From: a phage
Reading direction: 5' to 3' (one strand)
Length of the DNA stretch: 39,466 nucleotides
Sequence record: PZ445457.1
Below, piece by piece: positions 19,378 through 27,685 of this stretch. The position numbers were made by a program, and so were the translations under genes. Each line of letters starts with the position of its first letter. Position 1 is the first letter of the stretch. The notes beneath the pieces are model-generated. The model had not been told where the DNA came from and made no database searches. It saw nothing but the letters and a program-made list of their open reading frames with translations.

Positions 19378-19935
19378 ATGTTTACTTTAATCACTTCAGT
19401 AGGCGCTCTCGTATCAACCATTCTTGCAGCAACATACTATAATCGTTCAAAGGTATTTCTCACTAAGCTAATCAAAGAAGAGAAGAACTCTCATGCACTC
19501 AAAGAGAGACTTGAAGATGGATGGCGAGAGAAGCAGGAACTAGCTGGTCGAATCCGTACCTTAGAGTTCGAACAACAATATGACATGTCGAACCAACGAG
19601 AACTCATTGAGCGTCTACGCGCTGAGGCAGTGGAGTACCGCAAGGAACTTAAAGAGGCAAAGAGTACCATCCGTGAGTACACTCACAGTGACATCACGTC
19701 TATCAAGTTTACTGCACACATACCGGATGATGGATGGAAGCGCACTGAGTTCAAGCTGGGTCTTGGCTCGTGCGGTAAGCAAGTCACCTGCCTACATTGG
19801 GTGGAACAAGCCGACCGCTACCTGCTGACGCAGACGTGCACTGATGGTGAGCGCAAAGAGTTCACCTATTATAAGAAAGATGTAGCGGGTCGCATTGAGA
19901 TTGCACGTAAGGTTGCAGACAATACGACTCACTAA
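19378..19935 (+). CDS. Hypothetical membrane-anchored coiled-coil protein (185 aa), in the slot between gene 1 and gene 1.1 (T3 gene 1.05-like position)
   Basis: RBS gagga plus repeated ctttaag motifs upstream; N-terminal TM helix MFTLITSVGALVSTILAATYY, central charged coiled-coil, Cys-containing C-terminal domain. T7 has no gene here as I recall. Confidence 0.7.
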   Translation: MFTLITSVGALVSTILAATYYNRSKVFLTKLIKEEKNSHALKERLEDGWREKQELAGRIRTLEFEQQYDMSNQRELIERLRAEAVEYRKELKEAKSTIREYTHSDITSIKFTAHIPDDGWKRTEFKLGLGSCGKQVTCLHWVEQADRYLLTQTCTDGERKEFTYYKKDVAGRIEIARKVADNTTH

Positions 19936-19942
19936 TGGGAAA
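19920..19942 (+). promoter_or_regulatory. Phage RNAP promoter (phi1.1B-like), embedded in the 3' end of the 19378..19935 ORF
   Basis: caatacgactcactaatgggaaa; the ORF terminal codons N-T-T-H-stop are encoded by the promoter itself. Confidence 0.75.
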
Positions 19943-19950
19943 CACTGAAA

Positions 19951-19993
19951 GTTAAACTCAAGGTCATCACAATTGGTGGCCTTCATGATTAAC
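19951..19993 (+). promoter_or_regulatory. Conserved hairpin element, candidate RNase III site (R1.1-like)
   Basis: gttaaactcaaggtcatcacaattggtggccttcatgattaac; 10-bp upper stem aaggtcatca/tggtggcctt plus flanking lower stem; one of three near-identical copies. Confidence 0.5.
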
Positions 19994-20026
19994 TGTCATT
20001 AACTACACACAAAAGGAAACAACATT

Positions 20027-20176
20027 ATGCGTACCAACTTTGAACCAACCACTAAGCGCAACAACGTAATCAATGAACACGGTGCTGAATGGCAGGAACG
20101 TAAAGACCGCATGAAGAAACGCCACAAGACACAGCGTGGCAACGCTGAGAAACGCAACTGGAAGGAGGCACTCTAA
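20027..20176 (+). CDS. gene 1.1: gp1.1-like small basic protein (49 aa)
   Basis: MRTNFEPTTKRNNVINEHGAEWQERKDRMKKRHKTQRGNAEKRNWKEAL; RBS aaaaggaaa; resembles recalled T7 gp1.1 in size and character; stop overlaps gene 1.2 start. Confidence 0.6.
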   Translation: MRTNFEPTTKRNNVINEHGAEWQERKDRMKKRHKTQRGNAEKRNWKEAL

Positions 20177-20448
20177 TGGGTCGCTTATACAGTGGTAACT
20201 TAATGGCGTTCAAGGATGCCATCGCGAGACTTAAAGAAGACCACGATGTGAGTGTGGTCGTTGAGACTTTCCGCTATGAGAACTATGCGAGGATGCGCTG
20301 GGTATCCGGTGAGACTCTTCGAGTGGTCTTGCGGAATGGCTTAGTGTTAACCTCCAAGTGTTTCGAACAGGACGATGAAGACGTTCGCTGCAATGCACAG
20401 ACTGAATGGCTTCGTAAGGTACACAGTGACCTGAAGCACTGGAAGTAA
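20176..20448 (+). CDS. gene 1.2: gp1.2, inhibitor of host dGTP triphosphohydrolase (90 aa)
   Basis: MGRLYSGNL.AFK...DEDV...WL...DLK.WK matches recalled T7 gp1.2 N- and C-termini. Confidence 0.8.
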   Translation: MGRLYSGNLMAFKDAIARLKEDHDVSVVVETFRYENYARMRWVSGETLRVVLRNGLVLTSKCFEQDDEDVRCNAQTEWLRKVHSDLKHWK

Positions 20449-20468
20449 TACGACTCACTATTGCGAAA
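20446..20468 (+). promoter_or_regulatory. Phage RNAP promoter (phi1.3-like; +2 C variant)
   Basis: taatacgactcactattgcgaaa. Confidence 0.6.
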
Positions 20469-20470
20469 GA

Positions 20471-20513
20471 GTTAAACTAAAGGTCATCTATACGGTGGCC
20501 TTTGTGATTAACT
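20471..20513 (+). promoter_or_regulatory. Conserved hairpin element, candidate RNase III site (R1.3-like)
   Basis: gttaaactaaaggtcatctatacggtggcctttgtgattaact; second copy of the element family. Confidence 0.5.
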
Positions 20514-20549
20514 TTTGTTTACTTAATAACCAACAATAGGAGTTCCATC

Positions 20550-21569
20550 ATGGAAATCACATTCAAGACTAACCCTTTTAAAGCTGTATCCTACGTTGAG
20601 TCTGCCATTAAGAAAGCACTCGACAAAGCTGGCTACCTGATTGCTGACACTAAGCATGATGGTGTACGTGGTAACATCGTGGTTGACAATACGGCTGACT
20701 GCCTGTGGCTATCCCGTGTCTCCAAGACCATCCCCGCGCTTGAGCACCTTAATGGGTTCGACCAACGCTGGGCTAATGTTCTCAAAGATGACCGCTGGAT
20801 TTTCCCTGATGGCTTCATGCTTGATGGTGAACTGATGGTCAAAGGCGTAGACTTCAACACAGGGTCTGGCCTACTGCGTACCAAGTGGCTCAAGAAGACA
20901 AACTGTGGATTTGATATTGGTGGAGTAGAGCCTCTCAAGGGGAGTAAAGTAGACTTCTGCTTAGACCCTAAGAAACTTAAGGTTGTCCTATATGCTGCTA
21001 TGCCATATCACGATATGATAGAAGGCAAAGAGTATGGCGTTATGTCCCTCCTGATGCAAGAGCATGTGCGTTCCCTCATTCCGGTTCTTAGTGAACACTT
21101 CCCGGAAATCACTTGGGAACTATCTGAGGCCAAAGAAGTCTACGACATGGTAGAACTTCAGGAACTCTACGAGAAAGCTCGCGCTGATGGGCATGAAGGT
21201 CTTGTCGTCAAAGACCCGCTGGAAGTCTACAAGCGAGGCAAGAAGTCTGGCTGGTGGAAGATGAAGCCTGAGAATGAAGCTGATGGTATCATCGTTGGTA
21301 TCAATTGGGGGACTAAAGGTCTCGCTAATGAAGGCAAAGTGATTGGCTTTGAGGTTCTCTTGGAGTCCGGTCGTGTAGTTAACGCCAACAACATTAGTCA
21401 AGAGTTGATGAATGAGTTCACTAACACAGTGAACATTGAGGGTGCTACCTTCTACAATGGACATCAATGTCAGGTAGCCTACATGGAGGAAACTCCTGAT
21501 GGTTCTCTGCGTCACCCATCGTTCGTTATGTTCCGTGGTGTCGAGTCAGACCCAACGGTCAAGATGTAA
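20550..21569 (+). CDS. gene 1.3: ATP-dependent DNA ligase gp1.3 (339 aa)
   Basis: Adenylation motif KHDGVRG; ...WLSRVSKTIPALEHLNGFD..., GFMLDGELMVKGVDFNTGSGLLRTKW, SGWWKMKPENEADGII, MEETPDGSLRHPSFVMFRG match recalled T7 ligase. Confidence 0.97.
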   Translation: MEITFKTNPFKAVSYVESAIKKALDKAGYLIADTKHDGVRGNIVVDNTADCLWLSRVSKTIPALEHLNGFDQRWANVLKDDRWIFPDGFMLDGELMVKGVDFNTGSGLLRTKWLKKTNCGFDIGGVEPLKGSKVDFCLDPKKLKVVLYAAMPYHDMIEGKEYGVMSLLMQEHVRSLIPVLSEHFPEITWELSEAKEVYDMVELQELYEKARADGHEGLVVKDPLEVYKRGKKSGWWKMKPENEADGIIVGINWGTKGLANEGKVIGFEVLLESGRVVNANNISQELMNEFTNTVNIEGATFYNGHQCQVAYMEETPDGSLRHPSFVMFRGVESDPTVKM

Positions 21570-21579
21570 ATAAATCAAC

Positions 21580-21614
21580 GGTCAGTCCTTAGCGGGGCTG
21601 GCCTTTTTGCGTTT
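21580..21614 (+). terminator. Rho-independent terminator (TE-like early terminator) after the ligase gene
   Basis: ggtcagtcc-ttagc-ggggctggcc stem (with G-U pairs) followed by tttttgcgttt. Confidence 0.6.
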
Positions 21615-21636
21615 CTATACGACTCACTATGGAGGA
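21615..21636 (+). promoter_or_regulatory. Degenerate phage promoter-like sequence (one nt short around the start site)
   Basis: ctatacgactcactatggagga; upstream half conserved, initiation region deviates. Confidence 0.4.
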
Positions 21637-21644
21637 ACAACCTC

Positions 21645-21725
21645 ATGCTATTTCTTATTGCTGCTGTTATCTTTGCCACGTTCGCCTTCGTTATCATTGA
21701 CGACAACTGCTGGCCTGATTGCTAA
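21645..21725 (+). CDS. Hypothetical hydrophobic peptide (26 aa)
   Basis: RBS ggagga 8 nt upstream; MLFLIAAVIFATFAFVIIDDNCWPDC; T7 gene 1.4/1.5 region. Confidence 0.3.
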   Translation: MLFLIAAVIFATFAFVIIDDNCWPDC

Positions 21726-21745
21726 TACGACTCACCTATGGAGGA
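21723..21745 (+). promoter_or_regulatory. Degenerate phage promoter-like sequence
   Basis: taatacgactcacctatggagga; -17 to -5 perfect, -4 to +4 diverged. Confidence 0.35.
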
Positions 21746-21752
21746 AACACTT

Positions 21753-22016
21753 ATGTTACGACTACACTTCAACAAATCAAATGGCATCTTCTCTGCCCGT
21801 GGCGCTGACCGTTCAACCGTTCTGGCCTCTGAGAAACATGCAGTCATCCCTAAAGTGCTTGGCTCGACCATTGAGTTAGCACCTCGTGTTCATGCTGTAA
21901 TCACCACTGGCTTATATAAAGAAGCGACCACTGGCTCCCGGCCTTTCATTCCGGTTCTCGTCACCCGTTTCCCTAAAGTCCGTCTGGTAATTGCGCGTAT
22001 CAAGGAGGTGTTCTAA
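21753..22016 (+). CDS. gp1.6-like protein (87 aa)
   Basis: ATG after RBS ggagga; MLRLHFNKSNGIFSARGADRS...; assigned by position and size in the gene 1.6 slot. Confidence 0.6.
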   Translation: MLRLHFNKSNGIFSARGADRSTVLASEKHAVIPKVLGSTIELAPRVHAVITTGLYKEATTGSRPFIPVLVTRFPKVRLVIARIKEVF

Positions 22017-22327
22017 TGGTCTGCATGGCATGTTTAGAGAATGATGACCGCTACCCACATACCTGTGAACCTGTAGCTAAACCACAAGATATAGAGGGTG
22101 TTCGCAAGCCGAGCCACTATATGTTGTTTGATGACATTGAGGCTATCGAAGTGATTGCCCGTTCGATGACCCGTGAACAGTTCAAAGGTTACTGCTTAGG
22201 GAACATCCTTAAGTATCGCCTACGTGCTGGGAAGAAATCCGAACTGGCATTCTTAGAGAAGGACATGGCGAAAGCTGGGTTCTATGGTGAACTGTACGAG
22301 AAACATAAGGACAAGTGCCATGCTTAA
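22016..22327 (+). CDS. gene 1.7: gp1.7-like protein, short form (103 aa) of the T7 nucleotide kinase
   Basis: CLENDDRYPHTC and KPSHYMLFDDIEAIEVIARSMTREQFKGYCLGNILKYRLRAGKKSELAFLEKDMAKA match recalled segments of T7 gp1.7 (about 196 aa); central region absent. Confidence 0.8.
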   Translation: MVCMACLENDDRYPHTCEPVAKPQDIEGVRKPSHYMLFDDIEAIEVIARSMTREQFKGYCLGNILKYRLRAGKKSELAFLEKDMAKAGFYGELYEKHKDKCHA

Positions 22328-22427
22328 TGACATTCTGTATTTTGTACTCATCTGTGCTGGAATGGGTACACTACTTCGTTTAATGTATTGGGCTATAGAG
22401 GTGGAATATGGTAAAACCAAGTGAATG
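22320..22427 (+). CDS. Hypothetical small membrane peptide (35 aa), gene 1.8 position
   Basis: ATG overlapping the 3' end of gene 1.7; MLNDILYFVLICAGMGTLLRLMYWAIEVEYGKTK. Confidence 0.3.
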
Positions 22428-22502
22428 GTGTGAACGTATGTTCGAAAAGACGGGCAACGTTGACTATCTCGAAATGTATAACTATTGGAAAGGGAAAGGA
22501 CT

Positions 22503-22694
22503 ATGAGCAACTTAAACAAAGGGTCACTAGTAAACGGTGACAAGAAGTTCTTCGCAACGGTCGAAGGCCAAGGCCAATCGTTCGAAGTCCCTGTGTTCGC
22601 TGCGTCTCTTGAAGAGGCCAACGAGTTAGCTGAATGGCAGTATGTTCCGGCTGGCTTCGCAGTGACACGCATCCGTCCAGACCGAAAGGTTTAA
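22503..22694 (+). CDS. gene 2: gp2, inhibitor of host RNA polymerase (63 aa)
   Basis: [59 protein letters not shown] matches recalled T7 Gp2; start is an internal ATG of the 22485 track ORF. Confidence 0.9.
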   Translation: MSNLNKGSLVNGDKKFFATVEGQGQSFEVPVFAASLEEANELAEWQYVPAGFAVTRIRPDRKV

Positions 22695-22714
22695 TAGGAC
22701 TCACTATTGGGAGA
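22692..22714 (+). promoter_or_regulatory. Phage RNAP promoter (phi2.5-like; -12 G variant)
   Basis: taataggactcactattgggaga. Confidence 0.7.
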
Positions 22715-22763
22715 CACATCGTTTCCCAACTTTTAACTTTCAGAAACTTTAAGGAGAAACATC

Positions 22764-23462
22764 ATGGCTTTCAACAAACGTAAAGTATTCACTTCCGCTC
22801 GTGGCGTTGCTGAACCATACTGCTATCTGGCTAAACCGGACTTCGGTAGCGGTGACTTCAAGAACGAACGCGGTGTCTACAAGGTGTCACTTACTGTATC
22901 CAACGACGACCCTCGCTGTCAGAAAATGATTGACGAGATTGTCGAAGCCCATGAAGCGGACTATGCTGCTCGTCTCGAAGAGTATGAAGCGAACCCGCCG
23001 AAAGTTGTCAAGGGTAAGAAACCGCTGAAGCCGTATGTTGGCGACATGCCTTTCATGGATAACGAAGACGGAACCACTACGTTCAACTTCAAGTGCTACG
23101 GCTCGTTCACTGACAAGAAGACTGGTGAGAACAAACCAATCGACTTGGCTATCGTGGACTCCAAGGGCAAGCGCATTCGTGGCGAACGTCCAGCTATCTC
23201 TGGCGGCTCTGAACTGAAAATCAAATACACCCTGTTCCCTTATGGCTGGTCTGCTGTGGCTGGTGCATCCGTTAAGCTGCAACTGGATTCTGTGATGCTG
23301 ATTAAGCTGGTCGAGTTCGGCGGTGGTGATGATGATTGGGGTGATGAAGTCGAAGAAGACGGTTATGTAGCTGATGAAGCACAGACCCGCACGCCGCAGA
23401 ACGACTCTGGCTGGGACGAAGAACCAGAAGAGGACGATGAAGACGAAGACGGTGACTTCTAA
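22764..23462 (+). CDS. gene 2.5: Single-stranded DNA-binding protein gp2.5 (232 aa)
   Basis: Collinear with recalled T7 gp2.5; acidic C-terminal tail ending ...DEDEDGDF with terminal Phe. Confidence 0.97.
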   Translation: MAFNKRKVFTSARGVAEPYCYLAKPDFGSGDFKNERGVYKVSLTVSNDDPRCQKMIDEIVEAHEADYAARLEEYEANPPKVVKGKKPLKPYVGDMPFMDNEDGTTTFNFKCYGSFTDKKTGENKPIDLAIVDSKGKRIRGERPAISGGSELKIKYTLFPYGWSAVAGASVKLQLDSVMLIKLVEFGGGDDDWGDEVEEDGYVADEAQTRTPQNDSGWDEEPEEDDEDEDGDF

Positions 23463-23908
23463 TGGCTAAGGGTTATGCAGGTCGAGGCACTCGTGTGGGT
23501 GCCTTTCGCTCTGGCTTGGAGGATAAGGTAAGCAAGCAACTCGAAGGGAAGAACATTAAGTTCGACTACGAGCGTTGGCGTGTACCATATGTTGTTCCTG
23601 CAAGCAACCATACCTATTGCCCGGACTTCCTGTTACCTAATGGCATCTTTGTGGAAACAAAGGGTCTGTGGGATAGTGACGACCGCAAGAAACACTTACT
23701 GATTCGTGAACAGTATCCTGAACTTGATGTGCGCATCGTGTTCTCTTCTAGTCGCTCCAAGCTGTACAAAGGGTCTCCGACCAGTTATGGCGAGTGGTGT
23801 GAGAAGCATGGCATTCTGTTTGCTGACAAATTAATTCCAGTTGATTGGCTTAAAGAGCCTTCTAAGGATGTTCCATTCGATAAATTTAAAGAGGTGAAGA
23901 AGAAATGA
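23462..23908 (+). CDS. gene 3: Endonuclease I (Holliday junction resolvase) gp3 (148 aa)
   Basis: VGAFRSGLEDKVSKQLE...PASNHTY.PDFLLPNGIFVETKGLW.SDDRKKHLLIREQ matches recalled T7 gp3. Confidence 0.97.
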   Translation: MAKGYAGRGTRVGAFRSGLEDKVSKQLEGKNIKFDYERWRVPYVVPASNHTYCPDFLLPNGIFVETKGLWDSDDRKKHLLIREQYPELDVRIVFSSSRSKLYKGSPTSYGEWCEKHGILFADKLIPVDWLKEPSKDVPFDKFKEVKKK

Positions 23909-24360
23909 GTAAGGTACAATTCAAACCACGCGCTGTGACAGAAGCAATCTTTGTGCACTGTAGCGCAACTAAGGCGACCATGAACGTGGGTCTGCGTGAA
24001 ATCCGTCAGTGGCATAAAGAACAGGGCTGGCTTGATGTAGGCTACCACTTCATTATTCGCCGCGATGGTACAATCGAAGAAGGCCGTCCGGTCGATGTCG
24101 TTGGGTCTCACGTTAAGGACTGGAACAGTAAGTCAGTCGGTGTGTGCCTCGTTGGTGGTATCGACGATAAGGGCAGACACGAAGCTAACTTTACGCCAGC
24201 ACAGATGCACTCTCTGAAAGAGAAACTTGCAGACCTGCTGGACATGTATCCAGATGCTGAAGTGAAAGCTCACCATGACGTTGCACCTAAAGCGTGTCCG
24301 TCTTTCAACTTGAGTCGCTGGCTGAAAACTGGCGAATTAGTAACTAGTGATTGGGGTTAA
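23905..24360 (+). CDS. gene 3.5: N-acetylmuramoyl-L-alanine amidase (T7 lysozyme) gp3.5 (151 aa)
   Basis: AIFVHCSATK...REIRQWHKEQGWLDVGYHFII.RDGT...SIGVCLVGGIDDKG...ANFTPAQM...HH.VAPKACPSF matches recalled T7 gp3.5. Confidence 0.97.
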   Translation: MSKVQFKPRAVTEAIFVHCSATKATMNVGLREIRQWHKEQGWLDVGYHFIIRRDGTIEEGRPVDVVGSHVKDWNSKSVGVCLVGGIDDKGRHEANFTPAQMHSLKEKLADLLDMYPDAEVKAHHDVAPKACPSFNLSRWLKTGELVTSDWG

Positions 24361-24365
24361 ACACT

Positions 24366-24458
24366 ATGATGATTATTCACGAGATGGGCCTGTACGATTT
24401 GATTTATCGCCTCGCGTTCATGCTGGCAATGGTCTACATTCTGACCCGCAAGGATTAA
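24366..24458 (+). CDS. Hypothetical small hydrophobic peptide (30 aa)
   Basis: MMIIHEMGLYDLIYRLAFMLAMVYILTRKD; between lysozyme and primase genes; no strong RBS. Confidence 0.25.
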   Translation: MMIIHEMGLYDLIYRLAFMLAMVYILTRKD

Positions 24459-24478
24459 TAGAACTCACTATGGGAGGA
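24456..24478 (+). promoter_or_regulatory. Degenerate phage promoter-like sequence (phi3.8/phi4-like)
   Basis: taatagaactcactatgggagga; deviates at -12/-11 and is one nt short before GGGA. Confidence 0.4.
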
Positions 24479-24528
24479 CCGAAAGGTTTCTCCCTTTGTT
24501 CGCTAAAATTGTATAAGGAGTAACCACT

Positions 24529-26338
<1,810 letters not shown>

Positions 26339-26403
26339 TAGCAATTGGGTAGACCAGTGGGAAGAACTGAACGAGCGCGAACAGGCGCTCTACAGAAAGC
26401 AAT

Positions 26404-26426
26404 CAATACAACTCACTAATGGGACA
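26404..26426 (+). promoter_or_regulatory. Phage RNAP promoter (phi4.3-like; -11 A variant)
   Basis: caatacaactcactaatgggaca, followed by a 5' stem-loop (acaga-cac-tctgt). Confidence 0.6.
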
Positions 26427-26469
26427 GACACTCTGTTCCCACTTATCAATCCACTTAAGGAGAATCACA

Positions 26470-26682
26470 ATGTTTAAATTCATCAACACTCTTGGTAAGC
26501 TGGTAGTTAAAATGTACTTCCGTGAAGCTAAACGTCTGAACGACAAGGCACGTAAGGATGCAGAACAGGCTCAACGCTTGGCGAAACAGGCACGTCTACT
26601 GTCTGAAGATGCAAGTGCTGGCGTTACGTCTGCTGCTAAGATTGCAGCGAAAGCAACCGACCTGAACAAGTTCTTCCTGTAA
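26470..26682 (+). CDS. gene 4.3: gp4.3-like protein (70 aa)
   Basis: MFKFINTLGKLVVKMYFREAKRLNDKARKDAEQ... resembles recalled T7 gp4.3; RBS taaggag. Confidence 0.75.
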   Translation: MFKFINTLGKLVVKMYFREAKRLNDKARKDAEQAQRLAKQARLLSEDASAGVTSAAKIAAKATDLNKFFL

Positions 26683-26861
26683 TGGTTACGATAACCCTTG
26701 TGCTCACTCTGATAACTGTGAGCGGACAAACAATAAGTCAAGTCCCTATCACGGCACCAAAGGCTGAGGCATACGAGATATGCGAACAGCAAGGGCGCTC
26801 GTGGTCTAAGGACTTGATGAAGAACGGCAGGGTTTTCACTGCCAACTACAACTGTATCTAA
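26682..26861 (+). CDS. Hypothetical small protein with signal-peptide-like N-terminus (59 aa)
   Basis: ATG overlaps upstream stop (taatg); MVTITLVLTLITVSGQTISQVP... hydrophobic N-terminus then polar domain with 2 Cys. Confidence 0.45.
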   Translation: MVTITLVLTLITVSGQTISQVPITAPKAEAYEICEQQGRSWSKDLMKNGRVFTANYNCI

Positions 26862-26875
26862 TAGGAGTACACAAC

Positions 26876-27178
26876 ATGGCTATTAAATTCCCCGGCAACA
26901 CAATCCGTCTGTCTGACACCATCGACCAGTATGCTCGCCGAGTGCACATCAACGTTCGCAACGGCAAGGTAACTCTGGTCTATCGCTGGAAGGACAGTAA
27001 GTCCACCAAGGCGCACACACAGCGTGTGACTCTGGATGACACACAGGCAGGTCGTCTGCTGGCCTCCGTTGCTGTAGCTGCTACTGTGGCTGTAGGTGAA
27101 GACAATGTTCGTCAGGTTCTGCTGGGTAAGACAGTAGAGTCTGAGGGCAACATGCTTGCTGACAAGTGTGAAGAGTAA
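26876..27178 (+). CDS. Hypothetical protein (100 aa), gene 4.5/4.7 region
   Basis: RBS taggag; ORF in the + strand operon context; no motif recognised. Confidence 0.6.
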   Translation: MAIKFPGNTIRLSDTIDQYARRVHINVRNGKVTLVYRWKDSKSTKAHTQRVTLDDTQAGRLLASVAVAATVAVGEDNVRQVLLGKTVESEGNMLADKCEE

Positions 27179-27180
27179 GA

Positions 27181-27223
27181 GTTAAACTAAAGGGCATCTA
27201 CATGGTGGCCTTCGTGATTAACT
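27181..27223 (+). promoter_or_regulatory. Conserved hairpin element, candidate RNase III site
   Basis: gttaaactaaagggcatctacatggtggccttcgtgattaact; third copy of the element family. Confidence 0.5.
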
Positions 27224-27234
27224 TTTGTATGGAA

Positions 27235-27257
27235 TCTATTCAACTCACTAATGGGAG
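27235..27257 (+). promoter_or_regulatory. Degenerate phage promoter-like sequence
   Basis: tctattcaactcactaatgggag; -10 to +4 conserved, AT-rich upstream part diverged. Confidence 0.3.
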
Positions 27258-27265
27258 AACAACAC

Positions 27266-27445
27266 TATGCGTAATCGTAATGTAATCGAAGCTGAAATCG
27301 CTAAACTGGAAGCTGAACTGGCAGACGTTAAAGAGTATGAATGTGCTCGTGATTCTGCGGTACACATCCTGAAGAACTTAGGGTGGACTCGTGTTCGCGG
27401 TAAGTGGGGTGAAACCTACCAAGGCAAACACCAAGCTGTTCGATA
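27266..27445 (+). CDS. Hypothetical protein (59 aa)
   Basis: MRNRNVIEAEIAKLEAELADVKEYE... short coiled-coil then basic tail; below track cutoff. Confidence 0.4.
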
Positions 27446-27453
27446 AGGACACC

Positions 27454-27666
27454 ATGACCCACATTAAGGCTGGTGACTTCTGCGCATCAACTGAGACATC
27501 CTCTCTATGGTACGTGCGCGCTGTCGCTGGCAACATCTGCTGGTGCTCACGAGTGTCCCGCATTGCTCCTAATGGAACCTTAGTAACCAGCAACAACGTT
27601 GGCATCAAAGCTGAGAACCTGAAGGTAATCAACGTGAAAGACTATATGGGATACACCCATCGTTAA
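27454..27666 (+). CDS. Hypothetical protein (70 aa)
   Basis: Internal ATG of track ORF 27391..27666 preceded by taaggac; immediately upstream of DNA polymerase. Confidence 0.45.
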   Translation: MTHIKAGDFCASTETSSLWYVRAVAGNICWCSRVSRIAPNGTLVTSNNVGIKAENLKVINVKDYMGYTHR

Positions 27667-27685
27667 ACTTTAAGGAGTAAACACA

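Noticed and set aside
22428-22502. Possible tiny ORF (about 22 aa) between the gene 1.8-like peptide and gene 2
   Set aside because: No RBS and an overlapping frame ambiguity; too weak to call.
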